Origin: Octopus sinensis | Taxonomy: Eukaryota | Assembly: GCF_006345805.1 (NCBI RefSeq) | Contig: NC_042999.1 | Span: 22,010,001 to 22,074,000 of the forward strand | Direction of reading: 5' to 3' | DNA: 64,000 bases | Part shown: piece by piece, positions 38,134-50,712 of the stretch | Layout of the letters: every line of letters begins with the position of its first letter | How positions within the stretch are numbered: position 1 is the stretch's first letter | Notes under the pieces: model-generated | Databases searched by the model: none | What the model saw: the letters and a program-made list of their open reading frames with translations, nothing else | What the model was told of the DNA's origin: nothing | Program-made: the position numbers and the translations under genes

Positions 38134-38169
38134 CTTTCTGTGGAAGAGCGTAAGCTCGAAACGTTAAAG
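38134..38169 (+). ncRNA. Minimal hammerhead, CUGUGGA variant (A6U), in a ~190-bp element ending at (TA)n (~38090-38272)
   Basis: CTTT-CTGTGGA-A-GAGC gtaa GCTC-GAAAC-GT-T-AAAG: perfect 4-bp stems I and II, GNRA loop. Confidence 0.65.
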
Positions 38170-38512
38170 TCATTTTCACTTCCTGAGTGTTATCCTAATA
38201 CATCTATTTGTTGTCTACACCACCTTTCTTTGTCTTTTGGGGTTTCTTTTGTGAATTCTCCCTATATATATGTATATATATATTTGCGTGTGTGTTGTCA
38301 CATCTGACACTTTTCATGTAACGTTTTCATCCGTTACTTTTATTTGTAGCATACACTTTGTTATTTTTGTTTTGTTTTTTTGCGGGTTTTTTTGAGTGAA
38401 TTGTTTTCTTTGAATTCGTTTTTTTTTCTTTCTATTTACGTTAAAGACCACAAAACTATAAATACCAACAACCAAGTCAGCAGCACAAGACCAGGAATAA
38501 GAGAGAAAGAAA

Positions 38513-38708
38513 CACTCTTTTATTTATTTCAGTCATTTGTCTGTGGCCATACTAGCGCACCACCTTTAGTCGAGCAAATCGAACCCAAGACTTATTCTCT
38601 GTAAGCCTAGTACTTATTCTATCGGTCTTTTTTGCCGAACCGCTAAGTTACGGGGACATAAACGCACCACCATCGGTTGTCAGGCGATGGTGGAAGGAGA
38701 GAGACACA

Positions 38709-38747
<39 letters not shown>

Positions 38748-38906
38748 CACGGGCTTATTTCAGTTTCTGTCTACCAAAGCCACTCACAAGGTTTTGGTCG
38801 GCCCGAGACTATAATAGAAAACACTTGCCCAAAGTGCCACACAGTAGGACTGAACCCAGAACCATATGGCTGGTAAGCAAGCTACTTACCACACAGCCAC
38901 TCCGCC
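38513..38906 (-). mobile_element. SINE family A
   Basis: Head, body and tail match. Confidence 0.9.
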
Positions 38907-38974
38907 TTCTTATGTTGTATATTTTAGTCGAATATAACGACTACAGTACATAATTGGTATATTATTTCACAGAT

Positions 38975-39190
38975 GCTAAGGCGGCAAGGAGGCAGAATCG
39001 TTAGCACGCCGGACAAAATGCGTAGCGGCATTTTGTCGGGATTTACGTTCCGAATTCAAATTTCACTAAAATCAGCTTTGCCTTTCATCCTTTTAGAGGT
39101 CGAAAAAATAAGTACCAGTTGCGTACTGGGCTAGATGTAAATTGACGAGGTCCCTACACCGAAATTTCAGACTTTGAACCTACAGCAACG
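38975..39190 (+). mobile_element. SINE family C
   Basis: Head and central domain. Confidence 0.82.
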
Positions 39191-40164
39191 TTGACCTTGT
39201 GGAATTCAGTTACGGTTATTTTTTGCTTTTTGTATTTTTTCTTTTGTTAATTCTGGCCTTAGGTCCTAGTGCGGATATCTTTGCTTTTCATTCTTCTTTG
39301 TATCTGATACGCACAGGGGTCGATATAATCGCCTATACTTCTTTCCCTTTAAAATTTCATTTTCTTTTTTATTCCTATGTTATGAACCCTTGTTATACGT
39401 TTAAACATACCTGGTAACTTGACAATGTATTGTCTCATATATATAAATAAAAAATGGATTTAACAATTGATGTAGCAGTGTAAACGTTCTAATTTAATTA
39501 AATTTGTGCAAATATTGCGCAGAAAATAATTGTCTTAATGGATAATTCTTGTTACGAAAGACGGAAGGAAAATGACCAGAATTTCAATTAGTCAAAATCT
39601 ATAAAGACTAGAAAGTTGCTGTGAAACGGAGCAAATTTGATATTTTGGTGAACACAATGACAAAATACTGTAAATACGTTTTAATTTATGTATTGACCTT
39701 GTAATATTTTCTCTCTGCAATCATTAAAGATTCTTTTCTTTCTCCTTGTTCTTGATGTCTAACACGTAATAATGACTCATTTATATTATACTGTAATAAA
39801 ACAGTGATAATTGGGTCAACAGTTTACAATGTTGGCGTATAGCTGTTTGAATAGATTTTCGGCTTATTACTTATTAAAACTATTTTTTATTGACAGCTCC
39901 GACAGGATCAAAGATAAATTCGACTCCGTGACACTTGATACTCGCACCAAATAAGAATATAACTAATCTTTGTTTTTTTTTTTTTCCCGGGTTTCACCGT
40001 TTCTGCAATCTTGGTGGTATTTTTTAATAACGCTAACGTTAATGATTTATTTAACTGCTTCAAGATCAGAAGACAATGGAGATAGTGTCAATACGAATTA
40101 CAAAGGCGGTTGACATTGAATCATAGGAGTGAGGTCAGTCATAAAACTAATAGGTTATAATAAA

Positions 40165-40176
40165 ATAGGTTATAAC

Positions 40177-40213
<37 letters not shown>

Positions 40214-40329
40214 GTATTAATAATGATGATGATCATAATAAATAATAATAATAATAATAATAATAATAGTAATAATAATAATGATAATAATAATAATAAT
40301 ATTAATAATGATGATGATGATAATAATGA

Positions 40330-40366
<37 letters not shown>

Positions 40367-40546
40367 GATGATGATGATAATAATAATAGTATTAATAATG
40401 ATGAGATCACCATGTCGCGCACATATGGTTGTGATGCATGTGCCTGGTGTACCTTTATCAGACGGGTAGTCATGATGGGTATATTGGGCTTCGTATATTT
40501 TACCCCAGTGTCACTTTGATGGCATGAACTGCTCTCTCACTCAATG

Positions 40547-40609
<63 letters not shown>

Positions 40610-40643
40610 TATAATAATAATAATGATGATGATGATGATGATG

Positions 40644-40704
<61 letters not shown>

Positions 40705-41347
40705 TGATAATAATGATAAAATGCCCTGATGCAGTACCAGACATTGGCTCTCATGGCTTCTGATCATAACTGATTGGAAGTGTTATCAGGTACATAGTTT
40801 TATCTTGGTATAAAAGATGGTCTACAGCAAATATTCTCCTCAATATCACAGATTTGCTTGTCAGTTGTTTGACCATAACCAGTTGAGCATGTCCCTTAGT
40901 GGCTGACGATATGTGCATCTCTGATCACGAGCAGAAGTAGTGGGGGAGCATCATAGCCATGTGTTGAGAGGGATTCTTTGGGGTTTGGATAATTCACCTT
41001 TGGAAACATGGGTGGTTCGTTCAACATCCTTAAACAACCCTTATTCAGGGACCGTTTGAGCGGGATGGGCTACTCAACCTGAAGAAAATTCTAACTGGGC
41101 CCCACCTGCAAGGTCATGCGCTGTTTATCTTGATATGAGATCACCATGTCGCGCACATATGGTTGTGATGCATGTGCCTAGTGTACCCTTATCAGACGGG
41201 TAGTCATGATGGGTATATTGGGCTTCGTATATTTTACCCCAGTGTCACTTTGATGGCATGCACTGCTCTCTCACTCAATAATAATAATAGTAATAATAGT
41301 AATGATAATAATAATAATATTAATAATGATGATGATGATAATAATGA

Positions 41348-41382
<35 letters not shown>

Positions 41383-41562
41383 TGATGATGATGATAATAA
41401 TAATAGTATTAATAATGATGAGATCACCATGTCGCGCACATATGGTTGTGATGCATGTGCCTGGTGTACCTTTATCAGACGGGTAGTCATGATGGGTATA
41501 TGGGCTTCGTATATTTTACCCCAGTGTCACTTTGATGGCATGAACTGCTCTCTCACTCAATG

Positions 41563-41598
<36 letters not shown>

Positions 41599-41683
41599 TA
41601 ATAATAATAATAAATAATAATAATAAATAATAATAATAATATTAATAATGATGATGATGATGATGATGATAATAATAATAATA

Positions 41684-41731
<48 letters not shown>

Positions 41732-42505
41732 TGATGATAATAATGATAAAATGCCCTGATGCAGTACCAGACAGTGGCTCTCATGGCTTCTGATCATAAC
41801 TGATTGGAAGTGTTATCAGGTACATAGTTTTATCTTGGTATAAAAGATGGTCTACAGCAAATATTCTGCTCAATATCACAGATTTGCTTGTCAGTTGTTT
41901 GACCATAACCAGTTGAGCATATCCCTTAGTGGTTGACGATATGTGCATCGCTGGTCATGAGCAGAATTAGTGGGAGAGCATCATAGCCGTGTGTTGAAAG
42001 GAATTCTTAGAGGTTTGGATAATTCACCTTTGGAAGCATGGATCGTTAGCTCCTACACGCATTTTTTTCTCTCCTGGTTTCTCTGCTTGTTTTTTTCTGT
42101 GTATCTTTCTGTCGAAGAGCGTAGGCTCGAAACGTAAAACACTCTTTCTATTTCTATTCCTGAGCGCTATACTAATACATTTGTTTGTTTTTACTCCACC
42201 TGCCTTCGTTGTTTGTTTATTTTCGTAAACTTTCCCATCCTTAAACAATACTTATTCAGGGACCTTTTGCGCGGGATCGGCCACTCGACCTGAAGATAAT
42301 TCCAACTGCAAGGTCTTGCGCTGTTTATCTTGATATGATTTCACCAGGTCGCGCACATATGGTTGCGATGCATGTGCCTGATGTAACCTTATCAGACGGG
42401 TAGTCATGATGGGTATACTGGGCTTCGTATATTTTATCCCACTGTCACTTTGATGGCATGCACTGCTCTCTCACTCAATAATGATAATGATAAAAATAAT
42501 AATAA
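40165..42505 (+). repeat. Array of (AAT)n/(GAT)n tracts and family D copies (partial 40402-40543, full 40722-41277, partial 41419-41559, full 41752-42477)
   Basis: Direct alignment; offsets about 1017-1030 bp. Confidence 0.9.
42050..42236 (+). mobile_element. Hammerhead-bearing short element (same family as 38090-38272) inserted into family D; HHR at 42106-42139, CUGUCGA variant
   Basis: TTT-CTGTCGA-A-GAGC gtag GCTC-GAAAC-GT-A-AAA; family D resumes at ATCCTTAAACAA as in the uninterrupted copy at ~41026. Confidence 0.75.
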
Positions 42506-42720
42506 TCCGTTCTGGTATAGGCACAAGGTATGAAATTTGGGGGAGGGGGATTGTCGATTACAATAACACCAGTACTGAATTGGGACTTAATTTATCGACT
42601 CCGAAAGGATGAATGGGAAAGTCGACCTCGGCGGAATTTGAACTCAGAACGTAACAGCAGACGAAATACCGCTTAGCATTTCGCACGGCGTGTTAACGGT
42701 TCTGCCAGTTTGCCGCCCTT
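42505..42720 (-). mobile_element. SINE family C (tail type i)
   Basis: Full match. Confidence 0.88.
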
Positions 42721-42919
42721 CTGATGTTAATAATGAGCATAAAAGATCCGTGTATAGCGGTGTGGGTAAGAAACTTGCTTTGCAGCATCATGATTTTGAG
42801 TGCAGTACCACTGCCCCGGGCCGATCAGTACCTTGTAGGAGGTTAGTTGCTAGACGGAAATTGTTCGAAAGTCTGTTAGAAGACCTATGAGGTTTCGACA
42901 AGTTCTAGCTGAACAACCA

Positions 42920-43110
42920 CAGAGATTATTTGTTTTCAGATTTCAAATGTTTGTGTATACATGAGATCTCTCTCTTCATCAAATCGACATTACCTGAACA
43001 GGTGAACCTTGTCAGTTGAGGAAATGATCGCAGAGCAACGTGAAATGAAGTGCTTTGCTCAAGAATACAAACCTACACCCGGCCTGGGAATCGAACACCA
43101 CGAGCTCTCA
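42920..43110 (-). mobile_element. CORE-type SINE fragment
   Basis: GAGCAACGTGAAATGAAGTGCTTTGCTCAAGAA..GGGAATCGAAC (rc of B box and CORE). Confidence 0.65.
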
Positions 43111-43410
43111 AACGTATATATATATACTTTCTTTTTTCTTTTACATGTTTCAGTCATTTGACTGCGGCCCTGCTGAACCCCGACCCATGTGGTTGGTTAC
43201 CAAGCTACTTACCACACAACCACTCCTGTGTATATATATATATTACCATGATCACACACCACCACCACCCCACACACATATATATATATATGTATGTATA
43301 TATATATAAATACATATATATATATATGTGGGGGGTGATCATGGTAATATGTATATACACACGAGTGGCTGTGGTAAGTATATATATATATATATACGCA
43401 CATATATACA

Positions 43411-43466
<56 letters not shown>

Positions 43467-43491
43467 ATATATATATACGCACATATATACA

Positions 43492-43571
<80 letters not shown>

Positions 43572-44113
43572 ACCATGATGTATCTCAATTACCGATAAGA
43601 ACCGCCGATTCTAGATCCGTCTTCATACTTCCTCCTCTAAACAATTGTGTTCCACTCCCGCCAACTATTCCAGATAAATATGTCAATCAGTTGCTATTGT
43701 AGTAAAAAAAAAAAACTTGACATTGATGAGGTCACGTGTCGCATGGCTGTTGAACATGAATCGCCTATTCTCCATTTATATATTCTCAGTCCCGCCCCGC
43801 TCATTTCACTGTTCACTTGATTTAACAATTGTTCTCGTTCACAAGCATCGTTTGAGAAAAAGACTGTTTGGGCAGCAAAGCGTAAATGACTTTAAAATAC
43901 CTTAGTTATGTTTCTTCCTATTCATTCCATTTAATATTTTCAATGATGTTATTTAATGCTGCATTAAAGACTCTTGACGACATTATATCCTCTCGTGTGT
44001 GAGATCATCTATATACATATATATATATATATATATAAGTAGTACAATTTATATATGACTTTATACATATGCATGTGTATACATACACACACAGACACAC
44101 ACACACACACACA

Positions 44114-44150
<37 letters not shown>

Positions 44151-44253
44151 TGTATGAAGTTTTGAGCCTTCAAGTCTTGTACCTTCATCAGAAGTCTTGT
44201 AGCATGTTTTGCTTTTTTTCGAGGTTCAAGACTTTTCATATACCCCTCGTATA

Positions 44254-44308
<55 letters not shown>

Positions 44309-44675
44309 AAAAGTAAATAAATGGCACAACGAAGTACCGATATTTACTGGAAAATAGCGAACCTAATAAATACGACGCTAATGTATAGCTTCACTGCGTA
44401 TGTACTAGTAAAGATTCGTGTGTGCAACAAACATGAAAAAAATTGTCTTACCTCTAGGAAGAACATCTGAAAAATGAAAAACCTAGAAACGGATAAAGCA
44501 GTACCGGTTTCAGATTCTTCAAAATACGTTTGCCAACGTATATTTGATTTATCTTCATCAGCTGCATATATCTCGACAATATTTCAAATGTTGCCACATC
44601 TATGCCAGTACACTCGTCTGAACGCCAAAACGTTAACAGAACGAGAACAGTGAAGACGTTTCAATGAAAATAGTA

Positions 44676-44711
<36 letters not shown>

Positions 44712-44736
44712 TGTGTTTGTATATATATATATATAT

Positions 44737-46205
44737 AATAAATCAGCCATTGAGGAGGAAGCCGGTTTCCAACAAAGATACAAGGCTTCACCTTTGGGAT
44801 GTAGTAAACACAAACAAATTCACATTTGGAATTTGAGAAAAGTCTTGCATATTTTTACTGTTCCGCTCACAGACTGCTCTTCTAAGGTACGAATTAGCCG
44901 GTCCATTTATCTTTCTGTAAATCCCAGTTTATCCAGATTCTCTTTTAAGCATTTACTAACAAAACATAGTGCTCCAATTATTATTGGAATGAATATGAAT
45001 TCATAGTTTGGATATAGTAGCTGGAGGTTTTGAAGCAGTTGTCCATAGATATCCTCTTTTCTTTGATTTTCAAAGAAATATCTATATCTGCAGGATAGCA
45101 GACATTTATGATAGTACATACTTTTGCCCATCTGTCCCAAACAACAATATCCGGTCTGTTATGTTTAAATTTGACAGAGGTTTTGATGGGAATATTCCAC
45201 CAGTATTCCTTGTGTTGGTGTTTACGAATGTATTCCATAACAGAGGGATTTTCTAAGTTTATTTCAAGAATGCTTTTTATGCGGATGGCATTGGAAATTG
45301 TTTTAGCAACAACATCGTGCCGCATTCGGAGGTAGTACGGTGACGACATTTTAGGACAGCTGCTAATCACATGCGTGATATCCTCCACAGAAATATGACA
45401 TAACCTATACATGCGGTTGCACCTTGGGACTACTAGAGCGTCACTGCCTCTCTTGTTCACCGGGTACTTTGTGGCATTCTCCTGTTCTTGGATTGCAAAC
45501 GCATAGTCTCCAAAGGTTCATGTGATGTAGTGGCCTTGTGTCCAAGAGAGGCTACGCTTCGTGTTAATTCTACTGTCTTCTTCACGCTTCAGGGAAACAT
45601 ACCCATGCATGTTCTTTTTTGTAATGCTAAGTGCTTTCAATCCAGGTCTTCTCTGCAGTCAGGAAGCCCAGCTGGTTTGGGGTTATTTAGGAGATCATCA
45701 GGAAGAGAGTGCTTTTTGAGGAGCTCGCTGTCAACTTGTACAATGTTGCTCATTTTACTTTCAGCATTGCATTTATATTTTAATTTTTGCTTCTGTTGTT
45801 TAGTAGGTGCTGCCTGAGTGATACCACACGGCATTCGAAGGCCATCTGTACTGATCTCAGACCTCTACCGCCTTCATTTCTTCTTATGCAGAGCCTATCA
45901 ACATCAATGTTTCTGTGGAAGTTACCAGTTGTTGTCAGGATTTTGCAGGTTTTGATATCTATGGAGTGGATTTTCTCTACAGACCAATCAAGCATACATT
46001 GTAGGATATTGTTTTGTGTAATGAGGAGAGTTCCAACTGCCATATTACCCTAAGTCTCATCTAATATTCTCGGATCACTGAATCTTTATTCACAATGCTT
46101 TCATATGATATATTTTCGTCTATGCCTAGGTACTTGTAACATTCTTTGTGTGGAATGGGGGAGATAGAGAGACCATTGATGCAAAGGTTTTGGGTTTGGG
46201 GGATT
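44737..46205 (-). mobile_element. 5'-truncated, decayed R4/Dong-clade non-LTR retrotransposon (RT thumb, CCHC knuckle, restriction-like endonuclease)
   Basis: YKYLGIDE; RNEGGRGL; MHGY..AFAIQEQE; RLC..VEDITHVISSC, RHD, RPDIVVWD, IPIIIGAL; 3' end abuts (TA)n. Confidence 0.9.
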
Positions 46206-46259
46206 GAATGTCCAACAACTCATAAAAAATATTCTACTTCCTAATTTTGTCACAAAGTC

Positions 46260-46450
46260 AGCAATGTAAGCGGTGAAGAGAAGTCGATTACATCAACCAC
46301 AGTACTTGACTGGTACTTTCTCTTATGTATCCCGAAATATCGAAAGACAAAGTTCACTCCGGTGGAATACCATCTTAGAACGTAAATCCGGACTGACTGC
46401 CGCCAAGCATTTTATCTGACACACTAATGATTCTACCAGCTCCCTACCTC
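46260..46450 (-). mobile_element. Old SINE-C
   Basis: AGTCGATTACATC..CAGTACTTGACTGGTAC similarity. Confidence 0.65.
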
Positions 46451-46672
46451 ACGCACAATATATAGTTAAGCTCAAAATTCGTTTCCTGTATTTCGTAGAC
46501 GGTAATTTTCTGTGTCATGCAAGGAATTCAAACTAGCATTTAAGCACAGCTATTCTGAGATTACTCTAAAGATTGCCATGAACGTTCCTAAAGGTTCAAT
46601 CAAAATCACAACTTTTATCTTGTCTTTTTCTTTTAATCAGTTTTACAAGACAGCATCCATGATATTTCACAA

Positions 46673-47078
46673 GCAGGAGTGGTTGTGTAGTAAGTACTTG
46701 CTTACCAACCACATGATTCCGGGTTCAGTCCCACTGCGTGGCACTTTGGGCAAGTGTCTTCTACTATAGCCCCGGGCCGACCAAAGCCTTGTGAGTGGAT
46801 TTGGTAGACTGAAACTGAAAGAAGCTCGTCGTATATATGTATATATGTATATATATGTATGTGTGTGTATATATTTGTGTGTCTTTATTTGTCTCCCCAA
46901 CATCGCTTGACAACCGATGCTGGTGTGTTTACGTCTCCGTAACTTAGTGGTTCGGCAAAAGAGATCGATAGAATAAGTACTAGGCTTACAAAGAATAAGT
47001 CTTGGGGTTCGATTTGGTCGGCTAAAGGCGGTGCTCCAGCATGGCTGCAGTCAAATGACGGAAACAAGTAAAAGAGTA
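46673..47078 (+). mobile_element. SINE family A
   Basis: Head, body and tail match. Confidence 0.92.
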
Positions 47079-47336
47079 AGCACACCGAGATAGATAGAGG
47101 AGAAGTAGGCAGCGTTTGAAAGCTTGCAACTGAAATTACTCAGGGTAGATGGTGGTTGTGTTAAAACAAGTGATGGATGACATCTGCACCAACACCCATA
47201 TATGGTGATATTTGAACTCGGAATGAAAAGAACCCAAAACAAATACCATTAGGCATCTGGTCTGACATTCTTACAGTGCTTCCATTTCCACACCCTAAAA
47301 TAGGTACGTTTTTGTTCAACCCTGAAAGAGAAAGAG

Positions 47337-47878
47337 TGTAGGGATCTAGCTTGACCCTGCCTGAGATTTGAAACCTAATCCACCTGCTTGTTGCTTGTCA
47401 AAACGAACGGGAAATCCCCTCCACAGCAGATGATTGATGAGAAAACACTCGACCTCGCTAGGACCTGTGCTGGTCAAGGAAAGGTCAGTCCTTTGTTTAG
47501 GGTTTGACCTACGTTACTGACCATAGTTTATATAACAGAGAATTTCCCATCTCTTCCTCTTACGTGTCAGCTATGACCAAGGAGCAGCATCCTCTCTTTT
47601 GCATCCATCAGACCAAGGAGCAGCACGTTCTGTTGCGTCAGCCATGACCAAGAGCAGCACTCTCCTCGGCCGCAAGAAAGACGATGCCACCGCTATCCTT
47701 TCTTCCTTTCTAATCTGCACCGTGCATTTCTTACTATTTCACTCTCTACTGTCAGACAACCTTTTTCTATACACACAACTACTAACCAGCGATCCAACCT
47801 TGTTGTCACTATACTAGCATTGACGTTGATTCTTTGATGTTTACTGGCACTCCGACGTGAGAACCTTGAAGCGTTACA
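47337..47878 (+). mobile_element. Possible solo LTR
   Basis: Starts TGTA, ends TACA; TATA-like TTTATATAA ~47527; three degenerate direct repeats GACCAA(G)GAGCAGCA at 47565-47672; no TSD found. Confidence 0.35.
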
Positions 47879-47915
47879 TCTACGCGCTACATTTGGTAAA
47901 CAGCTACAACATACC

Positions 47916-48299
47916 TATTTCTTTACTGCCACAAGGGGCTACACACAGAGGGGACAAACAAGGACAGACAAACGGATGAAGTCGATTATATCGACCCCAG
48001 TGCGCAACTGGTACTTATTTAATCGACCCTGAAAGGGATGAAAGGCAAAGTCGACCTCGGCGGAATTTGAACTCAGAAAGTAACGGCAGACGAAATACGG
48101 CTATGCATTTCGCCCGGCGTGCTAACGTTTCTGCCAGCTCGCCGCCCTAAAAGTGAGAGAAAGGTGGGGCGAAAGGGGAGCCTCGTGGAGCTTTAGGTGT
48201 TTTCACTAAATAAACACACACAACGCCTGGTCTGGGAATCGAAACCGCGATCCTCCGACCGCAAGTCCGCTGCCCTAACCACTGGTCCATTGCACCTCC
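47916..48299 (-). mobile_element. Chimeric SINE: family B head (48148-48299) joined to a full family C unit (47916-48147), one 16-bp TSD
   Basis: ACAGCTACAACATACC at 47900-47915 and 48300-48315. Confidence 0.88.
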
Positions 48300-48622
48300 A
48301 CAGCTACAACATACCAGTCCAAAGCATAACATTAGCCGCTGCAAAAGGCAAATTTGAAATCAAAGCGTAATGAGTCGGAACAAATAAAGATATACTGCGA
48401 GTCATTGTCTTCGGCCTTCTAACGTTTCTGCCAATTCGCAAAATTAATACGATTTTCGATATAATAACTTTACTTTCACTGCACACTTGACGAGTGACCG
48501 CAAATGTTTACTTATTGGTCAATTAAGTTCGGAATCTACAATCGTTAAAGTGCAAAGTATTCTCACCCATTATCATGCAAAATAACCAGGAAAGTCATTA
48601 ATATACATTTATACATTCATAC

Positions 48623-48660
<38 letters not shown>

Positions 48661-48704
48661 CTACATACATAAATAGGTCAATAGATACATAAATACATAC
48701 ATAC

Positions 48705-48740
<36 letters not shown>

Positions 48741-49540
48741 CTACATACATAAATAGGTCAATAGATACATAAATACACACATACATACATACATACATAC
48801 ATAAATATGCTCACAGACATATATATATGTGAAGGTGCATTAGTGTGTGTGTAATATAGATTCGTTTATAATTGATCTCCGAATTCAATTTAATACATAC
48901 GGGTTACACAAACACCATTCATTATGTCAGTTTTATTTTCAAATCATTTGAATAACAAAATGAATCTAACGAAATGAATGCTGATTACCATGAGAAGTAA
49001 AACGTATACTTGAATTAGTTTAAGTGTACTTTTAATAAATATTTGGACACTACTTAATAATGTTTCGAAAATACTTATTCATTTTCACTATAGCATGACC
49101 GGATCGATGTAATAGAGTTTAACGTTATCTATAACCATCTGACCCAATATGCTTGTCGAAAAGAATCTTTGTGTCTATATTTAAACAATTACACACACAC
49201 ACACACAACACACACACACACAACTACATACATAAATAGGTCAATAGATACATAAATACATACATACTTACACACACACACATAAACATACACACACGTA
49301 CATACAAACATGCACGCACACATAAGTTATACTTATCTGACAGATCAGAGATCTGATAACCAGAAATTTGCTATCGTTAATTATAGTAACACATCTGTGT
49401 TTGCATAGTCGGAATCTCGGTATCTAAACTAGGAATTTCGCCAAGCTAGGGGAGGAATTTGCTAGATCCTGGGTAAAGAAGAGGGGTTTGGAATATTAAT
49501 CTTGCTTGACAAGGAAGGATCATTTTTGAAACTTGCTTCT

Positions 49541-50080
49541 CAGCCACATGGTTCCGGGTTCAGTCCCGCTACGTTGCACCTTGGGCAAGTGCTTTCTACT
49601 AAAGCCGCGGGCCGACTAAATCCTTGTGAGTGGATTTGGTAGACAGAAACTGAACGAAACATAATATGCGTGAGAGTGTGTGATCGTATGTGTTGTGTGT
49701 GTGTGCGCGCGTGCGCGCGTCTATGTGTCTGTCGATTTGCGTGTTTGCGTCTCTTGACAACCAGTCCTGGTGTATTTACGTCCCCGTAATTTACCGCTTC
49801 GGCAAAAGAGACCGATAGAATAAGTACCAGATTTTGAAAGAAATGTACTGGAGTACATTCATTCGACAAAGGATAAAAAAAATAGATTTGAAGGCGATGC
49901 TTCAGCATGGCCACAGTCTAATGACTGAAATATTCTGAGTTCAAATTCCGTCGAGGTCGACTTTGCCTTTCATCCTTTCGGGATCGACTAAATAAGTACC
50001 AGTTACCACTGGGGTCGATGTAATCGACTCATCTCCTCCCCGCAAATTTCAGGACTTGTGCCTATGACAGAAAGGATTAC
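49541..50080 (+). mobile_element. SINE-A (49541-49930) fused directly to the 3' part of a SINE-C (49933-50080)
   Basis: Similarity to both families. Confidence 0.82.
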
Positions 50081-50104
50081 TATTGTTTTTGTTATTATTA
50101 CTAC

Positions 50105-50153
<49 letters not shown>

Positions 50154-50712
50154 GGTGGTGGTGGTGGTGGTAGTAGTAGGAGTAGTAGTAGTAGTATGAA
50201 GGCTGCGAACTGGCAGAATTCTTAACGCATCGGACAAAACGCTGAGCTATATTTCTTTCCGGCTCTTTACATTCTGAGTTCAAATCTGGCAAAAGATAAC
50301 TCTGACTTTTATCCTTTCGGAGTCGACAAAATAAAGTACATTTCAAGTACTGGAATCGATACTGCAGCCCACCTTGTCCACCCTCGCAAAAAAAAAAGCT
50401 TCACGTAATGTACCTATATAATTAACATTTATTGTAATAGCTACGGATGGCGGATTAGCAAAATGCATTACAGCACTTGTTCCAACTCTTAACGTTCCGG
50501 GTTCAATTTCTCCTGACGTAAGCTTTACCTTTTATCCCCCTCCAGAGTAAATCTAATAAATTACTAGTAAAATACCAGAGATACTAGTATCTACTAGCAC
50601 GATACCCCGAGAATTATTGACCTTGTGTTTAGATTAGAAACATTTCTTCTTCTTCTTCTTCGTCTTCTTCTTGTTTTTGTGTTGTTGTTGTTGTTGCTAT
50701 TGTCGATGCATC

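Noticed and set aside
44495-44670. GAAACCGGTA and GAAACGTC motifs on the - strand
   Set aside because: No usable stem I, stem II or intact CUGANGA
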